The notes beneath the pieces were generated by a model. It worked only from the letters and a program-made list of their open reading frames with translations, did no database searches and had not been told where the DNA came from. The translations under genes and the position numbers were made by a program. Shown here in pieces: positions 38,658 to 49,920 of a stretch of 64,000 nucleotides of DNA. Source of the stretch: Actinomycetes bacterium (lineage in GTDB: Bacteria > Actinomycetota > Actinomycetes > S36-B12 > UBA5976); assembly GCA_038145175.1 (NCBI GenBank), contig JAYQPE010000002.1, positions 21,048 to 85,047 of the forward strand. The letters run 5' to 3'. Every line of letters starts with the position of its first letter. Position 1 is the stretch's first letter.

Positions 38658-40028
38658 ATGAAGTTAAGCAAATTGTTGGTAGTTAATTTGTTACTTCTTC
38701 CATTTATTTTAAATCAATCAACTGCAATAGCTGAAGAAAATAATGAGTTAGCTTCTGTAGTTTTAGAGCCTTTGGTTTATAAATCCGCAGACAGTACTTT
38801 GATTGAAAACATTGTCACCAAAAAACTGAGTAATCCTTTGTATTCAACTGGGTATGGAATTTCAATCAGAAATTTGACTGATGGATCTGTTGTATTTGAA
38901 AGCAATGCTGATGATTCAATGATGCCTGCATCTTTAACAAAAATTTACACTGCAGCAAGTAATTCATTAACTCTAGATTTAGATGCCAAATTTGTAACTA
39001 AAGTTAAATTTTTAGACAACAATGTTTATCTGGTAGGTGGAGGAGATCCCCAATTAGGAACCGAAAGTAATCCAAGAAAAGCTGATTTAGAGGATTTGGC
39101 AAAACAGACTGCAGATAATTTAAAAAAGTTTAATGTTTTTGAGGTTAATTTATTTGTAGATGATTCTTCACTTGGGCCATTGCAAAGGCCCACAGATTGG
39201 CTAGATAATTACTTTAAAAGCAGTGAAGTGCATTTAATTTCAGCTCTAAATTTAGATGATCCTCTTGCTCCAAGCCAAGCGCCAGAAGATCCATCTATTA
39301 CTACAGGTCAAACTTTTGCTGTTTATTTAATAAAAAATAACATTAATGTAAACGGTTTAGTTTTCAGGAAAAAAGCCCCTTCTGATGCTTTTGAAGTTGC
39401 GACGGAATATTCAAAATCTGTGGCACAAATTATTGAAGACATGTTAATTATTTCTAATAATCAAGATTCAGAAATTTTAGCTAGGGTTGCCTCAGATATT
39501 GCGACAAAAGATCCATCAACAAACGCTGCAACCGAATTAGTTTTAAAAGATGTTGAAAAATTAGGAATTTCTAGCGTTGATAATGCTTTATCAGATACCA
39601 GTGGTTTAAGTCGTTCTAACAAGATTTCACCATCTGATTTCACTAATTTACTTTATAAATCAGTTTTAAAACCCGACTTGAATATTGAAAATAAAGGAGA
39701 TGCAACAAAGTTCTTAATTTCTCCTTCTTTTTCAATTCCAGTTGATACGTGGCCAGTTTTTACTGGACTTCCAACAGGACATGGACTTGGCACCATGAAA
39801 AAAAGATTTAATGAAGAAGATTCACCTGGACGCGGAGTGGTGAGAGCAAAAACTGGAACCTTAAATCAAGTAATAACTTTAGCTGGAACTATTACAACCA
39901 AAGATAACGCATTTTTATCGTTTGCAATTTTAGTAAATAGAGTTGAAAAACCAACTTTGGTTCGAGAAGAATTAGATAATCTTTTAAATGAAATTGCAAA
40001 ATGTGAATGTGCTGTAATAAATGAATAA
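38658..40028 (+). CDS. dacB: D-alanyl-D-alanine carboxypeptidase/endopeptidase (PBP4, S13 family)
   Basis: It has a signal peptide from MKLSKLLVVNLLLL, the SxxK motif PASLTKIY, SNN in ISNNQDSE, and KTGTL. Confidence 0.8.
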   Translation: MKLSKLLVVNLLLLPFILNQSTAIAEENNELASVVLEPLVYKSADSTLIENIVTKKLSNPLYSTGYGISIRNLTDGSVVFESNADDSMMPASLTKIYTAASNSLTLDLDAKFVTKVKFLDNNVYLVGGGDPQLGTESNPRKADLEDLAKQTADNLKKFNVFEVNLFVDDSSLGPLQRPTDWLDNYFKSSEVHLISALNLDDPLAPSQAPEDPSITTGQTFAVYLIKNNINVNGLVFRKKAPSDAFEVATEYSKSVAQIIEDMLIISNNQDSEILARVASDIATKDPSTNAATELVLKDVEKLGISSVDNALSDTSGLSRSNKISPSDFTNLLYKSVLKPDLNIENKGDATKFLISPSFSIPVDTWPVFTGLPTGHGLGTMKKRFNEEDSPGRGVVRAKTGTLNQVITLAGTITTKDNAFLSFAILVNRVEKPTLVREELDNLLNEIAKCECAVINE

Positions 40029-40986
40029 TCCACCTATTAACTTACAAAACGCGGTAACTAATTTATTAAAAAACTTTGAACCAGCAGACAATATTTTAAT
40101 TGGATGCTCTGGGGGTGCAGATTCATTAGCACTTGCTTGGGTTAGCCAAGTTGTAACAAAAAGATTAGGTTTAAATCTAATTTGTGTAATTATCGATCAC
40201 CAATTAATAAAAGAATCTTCTCAAGTTGCATTAGAGGCTAAGAAAAAATGTGAGAATTTTGGCATTGAAAATGTAGTTATTAAACAAATTGTAGTTAAGG
40301 ATGAAAAAGAAGGTTTAGAAGCTGCGGCAAGAAAAGCAAGATATAAAGCGTTTGAAGAATTAGTAGTTGAATTTAACGCTGAATCAGTTTTACTTGCACA
40401 TACACAAGATGATCAAGCTGAAACTATGTTGATGAGATTAACAAGAGGAAGTGGTGCTAAATCTTTATCAGCAATGAAAGATGTTTCAGGTAAATATTTA
40501 AGACCTTTTTTGCATATCAGGAAATACGAATTGGTTAAAGCATTAGAAAAAGAAGGGATTACATTTTGGCAAGATCCAGCCAATACTGATTATAAATTCT
40601 TAAGAGCAAAAGTACGTCATGAGTTGTTGCCTAAATTAATTGACGTATTGGGAGATTCAGCTATTGAATCACTGGATAAAACATCTGAATTACTTAAAGA
40701 AGATAACGAAGCACTTGAAATAATTGCTCAAGAAAATTATGAGCGATTAAACAAAGAATTAAAGGTTAAAGAATTGGAAGAATTACCTTCAGCAATTAGA
40801 AAACGCATCATTAAAATTGCAGCTCTAGAAGCAGGCGTTATTCCTGGACCTTTTTCTTTTGAACACATTGAGGCTGTTGATGCTCTTGTTACAAACTGGC
40901 GTGGCCAAGGTAACGTCGACTTACCTGGTTTCATTCAAGCAAGCAGAGTTGATCAAACAATAAGATTTATTTCATCCCGAAACTAG
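40021..40986 (+). CDS. tilS: tRNA(Ile)-lysidine synthase
   Basis: The PP-loop GCSGGADSLAL and HTQDDQAET are present. Confidence 0.9.
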   Translation: MNNPPINLQNAVTNLLKNFEPADNILIGCSGGADSLALAWVSQVVTKRLGLNLICVIIDHQLIKESSQVALEAKKKCENFGIENVVIKQIVVKDEKEGLEAAARKARYKAFEELVVEFNAESVLLAHTQDDQAETMLMRLTRGSGAKSLSAMKDVSGKYLRPFLHIRKYELVKALEKEGITFWQDPANTDYKFLRAKVRHELLPKLIDVLGDSAIESLDKTSELLKEDNEALEIIAQENYERLNKELKVKELEELPSAIRKRIIKIAALEAGVIPGPFSFEHIEAVDALVTNWRGQGNVDLPGFIQASRVDQTIRFISSRN

Positions 40987-41000
40987 TTCATAAGGAAATA

Positions 41001-41561
41001 ATGAAAAGCGAAGATATTAAAAATCAAATCGTAAGAGAAGTTTTAAGTGAAAAACAAATAGATGAAAGAATTTCTGAAATTGCAAAACAAATTGATAAAG
41101 ACTATGACGGGCAAGATTTACTTATAATTGGTGTTTTAAATGGTGCAATAATGGTGATGGCTGATTTGGCAAGACATTTAACTAAGAATATTGAAATGGA
41201 TTGGATGGCAGCTTCTTCTTATGGACATGGCACCACTTCAAGCGGAGTTGTAAGAATTTTGAAAGATTTAGATACCGACATCGAAGGTAGAAATGTGCTA
41301 ATTGTTGAAGATATTTTAGATACAGGGCTTACTTTGCATTGGTTAAAAAATAACTTACTATCTAGAAATCCAAAGAGTGTGAAAATTTTTACACTTTTAA
41401 GAAAACCAGACTCTTTACAAATGGATGTAAAAGCTGACTATGTAGGTTTTGATATTCCAAATGAATTTGTGATTGGGTACGGCTTAGATTACGCACAAAA
41501 GTATAGAAATTTAAGATCTATCGCCACTTTGCACCCAGACGTCTACACCCAAAACTCCTAA
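41001..41561 (+). CDS. hpt: hypoxanthine phosphoribosyltransferase
   Basis: The PRPP loop VLIVEDILDTGLTL and VGFDIPNEFVIGYGLDY are present. Confidence 0.95.
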   Translation: MKSEDIKNQIVREVLSEKQIDERISEIAKQIDKDYDGQDLLIIGVLNGAIMVMADLARHLTKNIEMDWMAASSYGHGTTSSGVVRILKDLDTDIEGRNVLIVEDILDTGLTLHWLKNNLLSRNPKSVKIFTLLRKPDSLQMDVKADYVGFDIPNEFVIGYGLDYAQKYRNLRSIATLHPDVYTQNS

Positions 41562-41645
41562 CGCGTAACATCGAAGGTGAGGCAATTTTTGCCAAACACT
41601 TGGAGTAGATAACAAACGGAGGTTTGGGTTTAACCCTTTCTTTGA

Positions 41646-43649
41646 ATGAAGGCAAATAAGTTTTTTCGTGGTCCATTTTTCTGGATAACAGTTGCAATCA
41701 CCTTAGTTTTACTTGGAAGCAATGTAATTTCTTCTTCAACTGCACCAGAAACAATTACAACTTCTCAAGCAGTTTTGGCTATCCAAAAAGATCAAGTTCA
41801 AAGTGTCAAATTAATTGATAGAGATCAAAGAATTGAATTAACTTTTAAAGATGGCAAAAAAGCAAAAGCAGATTTTATTACAGGACAAGGTGTTGTCCTT
41901 CAAGAACTATTGCAAGCAAAAGTTGAACGTGGACTCATCGCTCAAGATGGATATGACACAGTTGTTCCAAAGGAAAACTTTTTAGTCAATTTACTATTTA
42001 CTTTACTTCCAATTGCTCTTGTTATATTTTTACTATTTTTCTTTATGGGTCAAATGCAAGGTGGAAATCGAGTACTTAATTTTGGGAAAGCCAAAGCAAG
42101 AGCGATCAATAAAGATATGCCAAAAACTACTTTTGCAGATGTAGCTGGAGCAGATGAAGCAGTTGAAGAATTACAAGAAATAAAAGAATTTTTAAGTGAA
42201 CCTTCAAAATTTCAAGCAGTCGGTGCAAAAATTCCTAAAGGAGTTTTACTTTATGGACCTCCCGGAACTGGTAAAACTCTTTTAGCAAGAGCAGTAGCTG
42301 GTGAAGCAGGTGTTCCTTTCTTTTCAATTTCTGGTTCTGATTTCGTAGAAATGTTTGTTGGCGTTGGTGCAAGCAGAGTTAGAGATTTGTTTGAGCAAGC
42401 AAAACAAGCAGCGCCAGCAATTATTTTCGTAGACGAAATTGACGCCGTTGGTCGACAACGTGGCGCAGGTCTTGGTGGCGGGCATGATGAAAGAGAACAA
42501 ACCTTAAATCAATTACTTGTTGAGATGGATGGATTTGATGTCAACACTGGCGTAATTCTTATTGCTGCAACAAATAGACCAGATGTATTAGATCCAGCTT
42601 TATTAAGACCAGGAAGATTTGATCGTCAAGTTGCAGTTGAAAGACCAGACTTAAAAGGTAGAGAAAGAATTTTACAAGTACATGCAAAAGGTAAACCAAT
42701 TGTTGAAGAAGTGAAATTAAATGAAGTAGCTAAAAGAACTCCTGGTTTTACTGGTGCAGATTTAGCAAACGTATTAAATGAAGCAGCACTATTAACTGCA
42801 CGTAGCGGAAAGAAATTTATTGATTCCTTAATTCTTGATGAAGCAATTGACCGTGTTATCGCAGGTCCGCAAAAAAGAACTCGTTTAATGAGTGACAAAG
42901 AAAGATTAATTACTGCCTATCATGAAGGTGGACATGCTTTAGTTGCAGCAGCGTTGCCAAATACTGATCCAGTTCATAAAATTACAATTTTGCCAAGAGG
43001 AAGAGCACTTGGCTACACAATGGTCTTACCTGAACAAGACACATATTCCACAACAAGAAATCAAATGCTTGATCAACTTGCTTACATGTTAGGTGGAAGA
43101 GCTGCAGAAGAAATGGTCTTTCATGACCCAACAACTGGTGCTTCAAATGACATTGAAAAAGCAACTTCTGTTGCAAAAGCAATGGTTACTCAATATGGAA
43201 TGACAGAAAGATTAGGTGCTATTAAATACGGAACTGAAGGTCGAGATGTCTTTTTAGGTAGAGATTTGAATCATCAACGAGATTATTCTGAAGATGTAGC
43301 TTCAGCTATTGATGAAGAAGTTAGAAAATTAATTGATAATGCTCACCACGAAGCATATGCAATATTAGATAATAATCGTGCAATCTTGGATAAATTAGTT
43401 GTGGAACTTTTAGAAAAAGAAACTTTAGATAAAGAAGAAGTTGCAAAAATATTTTCTAAATTGAAGAAACGTGCAGCAAGACCTGCATGGACTGGTTCTA
43501 GGAAAAGAAAACCATCCAAGAAAGGTCCAGTTAAAGCACCAATTCGTTTAGTAAAAGACGATGAATCTCCTGCATCTTTGAATCATGGAAAAGAAACTTC
43601 CAATAAAACTGGTGCAGTAGCAAGTCAAACAGATAAAAATAAGAAATAG
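41646..43649 (+). CDS. ftsH: ATP-dependent zinc metalloprotease FtsH
   Basis: It has two N-terminal TM segments, the AAA motifs GPPGTGKT and IIFVDEIDA, and the zinc site HEGGHA. Confidence 0.98.
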   Translation: MKANKFFRGPFFWITVAITLVLLGSNVISSSTAPETITTSQAVLAIQKDQVQSVKLIDRDQRIELTFKDGKKAKADFITGQGVVLQELLQAKVERGLIAQDGYDTVVPKENFLVNLLFTLLPIALVIFLLFFFMGQMQGGNRVLNFGKAKARAINKDMPKTTFADVAGADEAVEELQEIKEFLSEPSKFQAVGAKIPKGVLLYGPPGTGKTLLARAVAGEAGVPFFSISGSDFVEMFVGVGASRVRDLFEQAKQAAPAIIFVDEIDAVGRQRGAGLGGGHDEREQTLNQLLVEMDGFDVNTGVILIAATNRPDVLDPALLRPGRFDRQVAVERPDLKGRERILQVHAKGKPIVEEVKLNEVAKRTPGFTGADLANVLNEAALLTARSGKKFIDSLILDEAIDRVIAGPQKRTRLMSDKERLITAYHEGGHALVAAALPNTDPVHKITILPRGRALGYTMVLPEQDTYSTTRNQMLDQLAYMLGGRAAEEMVFHDPTTGASNDIEKATSVAKAMVTQYGMTERLGAIKYGTEGRDVFLGRDLNHQRDYSEDVASAIDEEVRKLIDNAHHEAYAILDNNRAILDKLVVELLEKETLDKEEVAKIFSKLKKRAARPAWTGSRKRKPSKKGPVKAPIRLVKDDESPASLNHGKETSNKTGAVASQTDKNKK

Positions 43650-43654
43650 TTTTT

Positions 43655-44290
43655 ATGCAAGAAAAGACTCGAATAAGCCCTACTGCAGATCCACTTGCAG
43701 ACATTGATCCTTCGCAAAGACCAAGTTTTGATGATAAGCGAATAGAAAATGCCGTTCGAGAAATCATTATTGGAATTGGTGAAGATCCAGACAGAGACGG
43801 ACTGCAAGATACTCCAAAAAGAGTGGCAAAAGCCTATAAACAATTGTTTTCTGGTCTTTATGAACGTCCAGAAGATGTTTTAGCTACTACTTTTGATTTA
43901 AATCACAATGAATTAGTAATAGTTAAAAATATAAACATTTTTTCAATTTGTGAGCATCACTTATTACCTTTTGTGGGTAAAGCAAGTGTTGGTTACATAC
44001 CAAACAACAATGGCAAAATTACAGGTTTATCAAAACTTGCTCGATTAATTGATGTTTATGCAAAAAGACCTCAAGTTCAAGAAAGATTAACTTCCCAAAT
44101 CGCTGATGCCTTAATGAGAATTTTGAAACCACAAGGGGTAATCGTGGTTATTGAATGTGAACACTTCTGCATGAGTATGCGTGGAGTTAACAAGCCAGAA
44201 TCTATGACAACAACTTCTGTGGTGAGAGGAACTTTGGAAGAACCAGCGTTAAGACATGAAGCCTTAACATTGATAACTCACAAAGCATGA
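43655..44290 (+). CDS. folE: GTP cyclohydrolase I
   Basis: [10 protein letters not shown] and [14 protein letters not shown] are present. Confidence 0.95.
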   Translation: MQEKTRISPTADPLADIDPSQRPSFDDKRIENAVREIIIGIGEDPDRDGLQDTPKRVAKAYKQLFSGLYERPEDVLATTFDLNHNELVIVKNINIFSICEHHLLPFVGKASVGYIPNNNGKITGLSKLARLIDVYAKRPQVQERLTSQIADALMRILKPQGVIVVIECEHFCMSMRGVNKPESMTTTSVVRGTLEEPALRHEALTLITHKA

Positions 44291-45138
44291 TTTTAAATAA
44301 ACGCTTAAAGCCAAGCGGTTTACCACTTGAACTAAATAACTTAGAAAGATGCCTTGTAGTTGGAGTATTAAATGTGACTCCAGATTCATTTTCTGATGGT
44401 GGAAAATTTTTAGATAAAGATATAGCTATTAATCAAGCAAAAAAACTAATATCTGATGGTGCAGATTTGATAGATATAGGTGGGGAATCAACCAGACCTG
44501 GTGCAAATCAGATAAGTATTGACGAAGAAATAAAAAGAGTAATTCCAGTAATTCAAGAATTAAAGAATGAAAACATTTTAATCAGTATTGACACTATGAA
44601 ACATCAAGTTGCATCAGCTGCAGTAGAAGCAGGTGCAATTATTGTTAATGATGTAAGTGGTGGCTTAGCCGATGAAAAAATGTTTGAAACAGTAGCTAAA
44701 CTAAATGTGCCATATGTCTTGATGCATTGGCGTGGACATTCAAAAAGCATGGACGATTTAGCAAAATATAACAATGTAACTCAAGAAGTAATAGGTGAAT
44801 TAAATTTTCAAGTAAAAAAAGCAATCGATCAAGGCATAAAAAAAGAAAAAATTGTTTTAGACCCAGGTCTAGGATTTGCAAAAAATCCAGAACATAATTG
44901 GCAAATTCTAAAAGATATAAATAAATTAAATGAGTTAAATTTTCCTATTTACATAGGTGCTTCAAGAAAAAGATTTCTTGCTCCTTTTTCCCTAATTAAA
45001 GATTCTTCAAATCTTGAAGACAGAGATTTAGCCACATCAGTTATCACGACTTATTCAGCGCTAAATCATGCCTGGGCAGTAAGGGTGCATGATGCTAAGT
45101 CAAGTGCAATTGCAGTTAGATTAGTAAACCAACTTTAG
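44287..45138 (+). CDS. folP: dihydropteroate synthase
   Basis: [24 protein letters not shown] and DPGLGFAK are present. It starts with an ATGA overlap on folE. Confidence 0.95.
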   Translation: MILNKRLKPSGLPLELNNLERCLVVGVLNVTPDSFSDGGKFLDKDIAINQAKKLISDGADLIDIGGESTRPGANQISIDEEIKRVIPVIQELKNENILISIDTMKHQVASAAVEAGAIIVNDVSGGLADEKMFETVAKLNVPYVLMHWRGHSKSMDDLAKYNNVTQEVIGELNFQVKKAIDQGIKKEKIVLDPGLGFAKNPEHNWQILKDINKLNELNFPIYIGASRKRFLAPFSLIKDSSNLEDRDLATSVITTYSALNHAWAVRVHDAKSSAIAVRLVNQL

Positions 45139-45144
45139 GAATTT

Positions 45145-45507
45145 ATGGCTCAAGACTCAATAAAGATAACTGGAATTAAAGCATTTGGTTTTCATGGGGT
45201 ATTTGAAAGTGAAAAGAAATCAGGACAAGAATTTATTGTTGATGTTGAGTATAAATATGAAACTAATAATGCAATCGACAACGATGAAATAGAACAAGCG
45301 ATTGATTACGGCGCAGTAATTTCAAAAGTAAAATCAATTGTTGAAACGGGTTCTAAAAATTTAATTGAAACCGTAGCAGATCAAATTGCCACTGAATTAT
45401 TAAGTAATTTCAAAATTAATTGGGTTGCAGTCACTCTTCATAAGCCACATGCCCCAGTTGATATTAGTTTTAAAGATATTTCAGTAGCGGTGGAAAGAAG
45501 TAAATGA
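45145..45507 (+). CDS. folB: dihydroneopterin aldolase
   Basis: The 120-aa product contains GFHGVFESEKKSGQEF, DYGAV and LIETVA. Confidence 0.9.
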   Translation: MAQDSIKITGIKAFGFHGVFESEKKSGQEFIVDVEYKYETNNAIDNDEIEQAIDYGAVISKVKSIVETGSKNLIETVADQIATELLSNFKINWVAVTLHKPHAPVDISFKDISVAVERSK

Positions 45508-45998
45508 GAGCAGTAATTTCTTTAGGCTCAAATATTGGGGATAAGTTTTCATATCTACAATCAGCTGTAAATGAAATTAACGGATTAAGTGATTCAGAAA
45601 TATTGATTTGTTCAAGTGTCTACGAAACTAAACCAGTTGGTTTTGAAGATCAAGAGGATTTCTTAAATGCAGTTTTAATACTTGAAACTGAATTTAGCGC
45701 TGAAGAGTTATTACTGAAATTACTAATAATTGAATTAAATCTTGGTAGGGAAAGAAGTATTAAGTGGGGCCCAAGAACTATAGATTTAGATTTAATTAAT
45801 TATGAAAAAATTGTTGTAAATTCAGAAAAATTAACACTTCCACACCCCAGAGCTATTGAAAGATGTTTTGTTTTAAAACCATGGTTAGAAATTGATGAAA
45901 ATGCAGAAATTGCAGTTCACGGAAAAGTGAAAGAAATATTACAAAAAATGGATTGTTCGGAAGTTGACATTTATCCAAGTAAGTTAGTTATTTTATGA
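45504..45998 (+). CDS. folK: 2-amino-4-hydroxy-6-hydroxymethyldihydropteridine diphosphokinase
   Basis: LGSNIGD, WGPRTIDLDLI and LPHPR are present. It starts with an ATGA overlap. Confidence 0.9.
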   Translation: MRAVISLGSNIGDKFSYLQSAVNEINGLSDSEILICSSVYETKPVGFEDQEDFLNAVLILETEFSAEELLLKLLIIELNLGRERSIKWGPRTIDLDLINYEKIVVNSEKLTLPHPRAIERCFVLKPWLEIDENAEIAVHGKVKEILQKMDCSEVDIYPSKLVIL

Positions 45999-46495
45999 GA
46001 CCAACGACGATAAAAAATTTAAGTTCAATTTTTATTTTTGCTTCAATTTTTGGTTATTTTGTGCCAAGTATTTATGAAAATATAACTGGGACATATATTC
46101 CAGTAAGCATTAATACTGCAATTGCTTTACTTATTTTAAATGCTTCCTTACTGTATTGGATCATAATTTTTAAGAATAGATTAAAAAGCGCAACAGATAA
46201 AAATAAAGATTTACTAAAGAGAAAAACTCCACCACATCCTTTAGTTTCAGCAAGAACAGTTGCTTTGGCATTTGCGGGATCTCGCGCAGGTACGTTAATT
46301 TTGGGTTTTTATTTTGGCCTAATCATTAACTTTTTACCGAAATTAGAACTATCTCCTATTCAAACAAGGATTTTTACATCCTTGGTCATTGTGTTTTCTT
46401 CCATTATTTTAATTAGCCTTTCTTTGTGGCTAGAGAAAATTTGTCGCATAAAAGAATCAGATGATGAGCCAGGAGAAGGCACGTCATTTGCTTAA
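45995..46495 (+). CDS. DUF3180-like membrane protein (folate-operon associated)
   Basis: The 166-aa product has 4 TM helices. It occupies the position after folK that is conserved in Actinobacteria. Confidence 0.55.
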   Translation: MRPTTIKNLSSIFIFASIFGYFVPSIYENITGTYIPVSINTAIALLILNASLLYWIIIFKNRLKSATDKNKDLLKRKTPPHPLVSARTVALAFAGSRAGTLILGFYFGLIINFLPKLELSPIQTRIFTSLVIVFSSIILISLSLWLEKICRIKESDDEPGEGTSFA

Positions 46496-46511
46496 TTATT
46501 AGAGTTCAACC

Positions 46512-47363
46512 ATGACTCAATTAGTTAAGAGCAATGCTGAACTAAGAAGTGCAATGACGGGCTTAGCCAATAACATTTGCTTAGTTCCAACTATGGGTGC
46601 CTTACATGAGGGTCATGCAGCTTTAATAAAAGCTGGGAAAGAAAAAGTTGGAAATAACGGTTGTGTGGTGGTTAGTGATTTTGTAAATCCAAAACAATTT
46701 GGGAAAAATGAAGATTTTGAAAAATATCCAAGAGATTTAGAAAAAGATTTCAAAGTGGCGCATGCTGCAGGAGCTCATATTTTATGGGCACCAAGTGTCC
46801 AGGATGTTTATCCAGGTCAATGGCCATTAGATGAAGTAAAGGATCAAAGATTTGAAATACTAGAAGGTGCATCTCGTCCAGGACATTTTGCTGCTGTAGT
46901 AGAAGTTGTTTCAAGATTATTCGACATCGTGCAACCAAGATTTGCCGTTTTTGGTGAAAAAGATTTTCAGCAATTAGTTTTTATAAAAGACTTAGCAAGA
47001 AATAGAAATCCAGTTGTAGAAATAATTTCTGTCCCAACCGTACGAGAAAAAGATGGATTAGCAATGTCAAGTAGAAATAATTATTTATCTTCTGATCAAA
47101 GAAACATTGCTCATCTAATTCCTGATTCTTTAAGAAATGCAACTTTACTTGCAAGTAAAGGAGTTACTCAAAGCGAAGTCAAATCTGAAGTTATCAAAAA
47201 TTTAAAAAAAACAGATTTAATTGAGTTAGATTATGTTGAGATTGTTGATAATGAATTAGGTGAATTAAATAATAATGAATTAGGTAGGATTTTAATTGCG
47301 GCCAAATTAGGAAATACAAGATTGATAGATAATATGCCAATAATGTTTAAGGTAAATTCATGA
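46512..47363 (+). CDS. panC: pantoate--beta-alanine ligase
   Basis: VPTMGALHEGH, FGEKDFQQ and AMSSRN are present. Confidence 0.95.
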   Translation: MTQLVKSNAELRSAMTGLANNICLVPTMGALHEGHAALIKAGKEKVGNNGCVVVSDFVNPKQFGKNEDFEKYPRDLEKDFKVAHAAGAHILWAPSVQDVYPGQWPLDEVKDQRFEILEGASRPGHFAAVVEVVSRLFDIVQPRFAVFGEKDFQQLVFIKDLARNRNPVVEIISVPTVREKDGLAMSSRNNYLSSDQRNIAHLIPDSLRNATLLASKGVTQSEVKSEVIKNLKKTDLIELDYVEIVDNELGELNNNELGRILIAAKLGNTRLIDNMPIMFKVNS

Positions 47364-48994
47364 ATATAGATTTAGTGCAAAAATTACACGCAGCAGAACC
47401 AGGTTGGACTATTAATGCTGATGTGATTGTGATTGGTTCAGGAATAGCAGGATTAACTGCGGCTTTGACTGCTAGAAGAAAAAATTTAAGCGTTTTGTTA
47501 TTAACGAAAGATGTTTTATCAACAGGTTCAACTGCTTGGGCTCAGGGTGGGATTGCTGCAGCACTTGGACCAGAAGATTCACCCGAACAACATTTTCAAG
47601 ACACCCTTGAAGCAGGTGCTGGATTATGTGATGAAAATTCTGTGAAAACTTTAGTTCAAGAAGGACCTGTTGCTGTGAAAAAATTAATTAATTTAGGAGC
47701 CACTTTTGATTTAGATCCCGCAGGAAATGTTGCCCTAACTCGTGAAGGTGGGCATAGAAGAGATCGAATCGCACATGCAGGAGGTGATGCAACTGGTGCA
47801 GAAATTTCTAGAGCATTAGTTGCAAAAGTTTTAGCAGATCCAATGGTGAGAATTTTTGAACATGCATTAGTACTTGATTTATTAAAAGATAAATCTGAAA
47901 AAGTTTGTGGGGTTACTTTGCACGTTATGGGCAAAGGAAAGATTGATGGAGTAGGTGCTGCACTGGCACGAGCAGTTGTTCTTGCAACAGGTGGAATCGG
48001 TGCAGTTTTTGAACAAACAACAAATCCATTAGTAGCAACAGGAGATGGAGTTGCCTTAGCTTTAAGAGCTGGAGCAAGAGTTGCAGATTTAGAGTTTGTG
48101 CAATTTCATCCCACAGTTTTATGGGTTAGCCAAAATAGTCGTGGCTCCCAACCTTTAATTAGTGAAGCTGTTAGAGGTGAAGGTGCAATATTAAGGAATG
48201 CACAAGGTGTTGCATTTATGCAAAATATTCACCCAATGAAAGATTTAGCACCAAGAGATGTGGTTGCACATGCAGTGCACGAAGAAATAGTTAACGGAGA
48301 AAAACCGTATGTATTCTTAGATGGAACTAAATTAGGTAAAGAAATTTGGTTACAAAGATTTCCAAATATTTTGGCAAGTTGTAGAAAAAATGGAATTGAT
48401 CCATTGACTGAAATGATTCCTGTGGTGCCAGCAGCTCACTATGCAAGTGGAGGAATTGTTTCAAATATGGATGCAACAACTGATATTAAAGGTTTATTTG
48501 CAGTTGGAGAATGCGCCAACACAGGAGTGCATGGTGCAAATAGATTGGCTTCAAATAGTTTGCTTGAAGGATTAGTTGTGGCAAATAGATTAGAGAAAAA
48601 TTTAGAAATTCTTGAAAAACAAACTGAACCTATTTCAAGTCAAAGTCCTACAAAATTAATTGATGGCACTGTTAGAAAAGAAATAACTTCAACTACTACC
48701 AAAGGTGCAGGAGCTGTCAGAAATGCAACTGGTCTACAAGAAACCTTAGAAAAATTAGCACAAATCTCAAACAAAACTACTCAATCATCTTCTACTCAAA
48801 GTTGGGAAGCCTCAAATTTATTAACTGTTTCAACCATGATTGCCCAGGCTGCTTTACGCCGAGAAGAAAGCAGAGGCTCACATTGGAGAGCAGATTTTCC
48901 TCAAAGAAATGATGAGCGTTGGCTTGTAAGAATTAATGGAAAAATTGTTGAAGGTAAATTAGAACTTTCAGAAACTGCCATATCCAAAAAGTAG
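47360..48994 (+). CDS. nadB: L-aspartate oxidase
   Basis: The FAD motif VIGSGIAGL, WAQGGIAA, HPT, and RESRGSHWR are present. It starts with an ATGA overlap on panC. Confidence 0.95.
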   Translation: MNIDLVQKLHAAEPGWTINADVIVIGSGIAGLTAALTARRKNLSVLLLTKDVLSTGSTAWAQGGIAAALGPEDSPEQHFQDTLEAGAGLCDENSVKTLVQEGPVAVKKLINLGATFDLDPAGNVALTREGGHRRDRIAHAGGDATGAEISRALVAKVLADPMVRIFEHALVLDLLKDKSEKVCGVTLHVMGKGKIDGVGAALARAVVLATGGIGAVFEQTTNPLVATGDGVALALRAGARVADLEFVQFHPTVLWVSQNSRGSQPLISEAVRGEGAILRNAQGVAFMQNIHPMKDLAPRDVVAHAVHEEIVNGEKPYVFLDGTKLGKEIWLQRFPNILASCRKNGIDPLTEMIPVVPAAHYASGGIVSNMDATTDIKGLFAVGECANTGVHGANRLASNSLLEGLVVANRLEKNLEILEKQTEPISSQSPTKLIDGTVRKEITSTTTKGAGAVRNATGLQETLEKLAQISNKTTQSSSTQSWEASNLLTVSTMIAQAALRREESRGSHWRADFPQRNDERWLVRINGKIVEGKLELSETAISKK

Positions 48995-49000
48995 GAACAA

Positions 49001-49885
49001 ATGATCACAAAAGAGCAGATTTTTGAAAATTTGAGAAAAAATAATTTAAATCCCGAACTGGTTTTAGCATTAGTCGAATTAGCAATTTCGGAAGATTTAA
49101 TGGGCGGAACTGATGTTACTTCACTATCAACTATTCCAGAAACGCAAATTTCAGAGTTAGATCTAGTAGCAAGAAAACAAGGTGTAATTTCTGGAATTGA
49201 TGTTGCCTCTCTAGTTTTTTACTCGATCAATAACAAAATCCAAATAGTTCAAAAAGTCAAAGATGGAAGCGAAGTTAAAGAAAATCAATCCATATTGACG
49301 GCAAAAGGACCAACAACTGATTTATTAACTGCTGAAAGAACAGCACTTAATTTTTTATCTCATTTAAGTGGTATAGCAACATTAACAAATAAATGGGTAA
49401 AAGAAATTTCTTCAACAAGTGCTTCTATTAGAGATACTAGAAAAACAACTCCAGGTTTAAGAATTTTAGAAAAATATGCAGTTAGATGTGGTGGTGGTAA
49501 AAATCATCGCATGAGTTTAAATGATCAAGCTTTAATTAAAGATAATCACATAGTTGCTGCAGGTTCTATCTTAAAAGCTGTTGAAAAAGTTAAAGATAAA
49601 TTTCCAGAACTTCCATTAGAAATAGAAGTAGACAATTTAGATCAATTGAAAGAAGTCTTACAAACAGATATTAAATTGATACTTTTAGATAACTTCACAA
49701 TAGAAGATTTACAAAGGGCAGTAAGTTTGAATAACAAAAAAGCTAAATTGGAAGCAAGTGGTGGTATTACTTTTGAAAATGCACGCAAAATTGCTCAAAC
49801 GGGTGTGGATTACTTAGCCGTAGGTGCTTTAACCCATTCAGCTCCAGTGTTAGATATAGGTGGTGACCTGAGAAATGTTAGTTAA
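49001..49885 (+). CDS. nadC: nicotinate-nucleotide diphosphorylase (carboxylating)
   Basis: AERTALNFL, TRKTTPGLR, GGGKNHR and IKDNHI are present. Confidence 0.95.
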   Translation: MITKEQIFENLRKNNLNPELVLALVELAISEDLMGGTDVTSLSTIPETQISELDLVARKQGVISGIDVASLVFYSINNKIQIVQKVKDGSEVKENQSILTAKGPTTDLLTAERTALNFLSHLSGIATLTNKWVKEISSTSASIRDTRKTTPGLRILEKYAVRCGGGKNHRMSLNDQALIKDNHIVAAGSILKAVEKVKDKFPELPLEIEVDNLDQLKEVLQTDIKLILLDNFTIEDLQRAVSLNNKKAKLEASGGITFENARKIAQTGVDYLAVGALTHSAPVLDIGGDLRNVS

Positions 49886-49920
49886 TTAACTAACTAATTT
49901 GGAGTTGCAAGGAGAAAGTA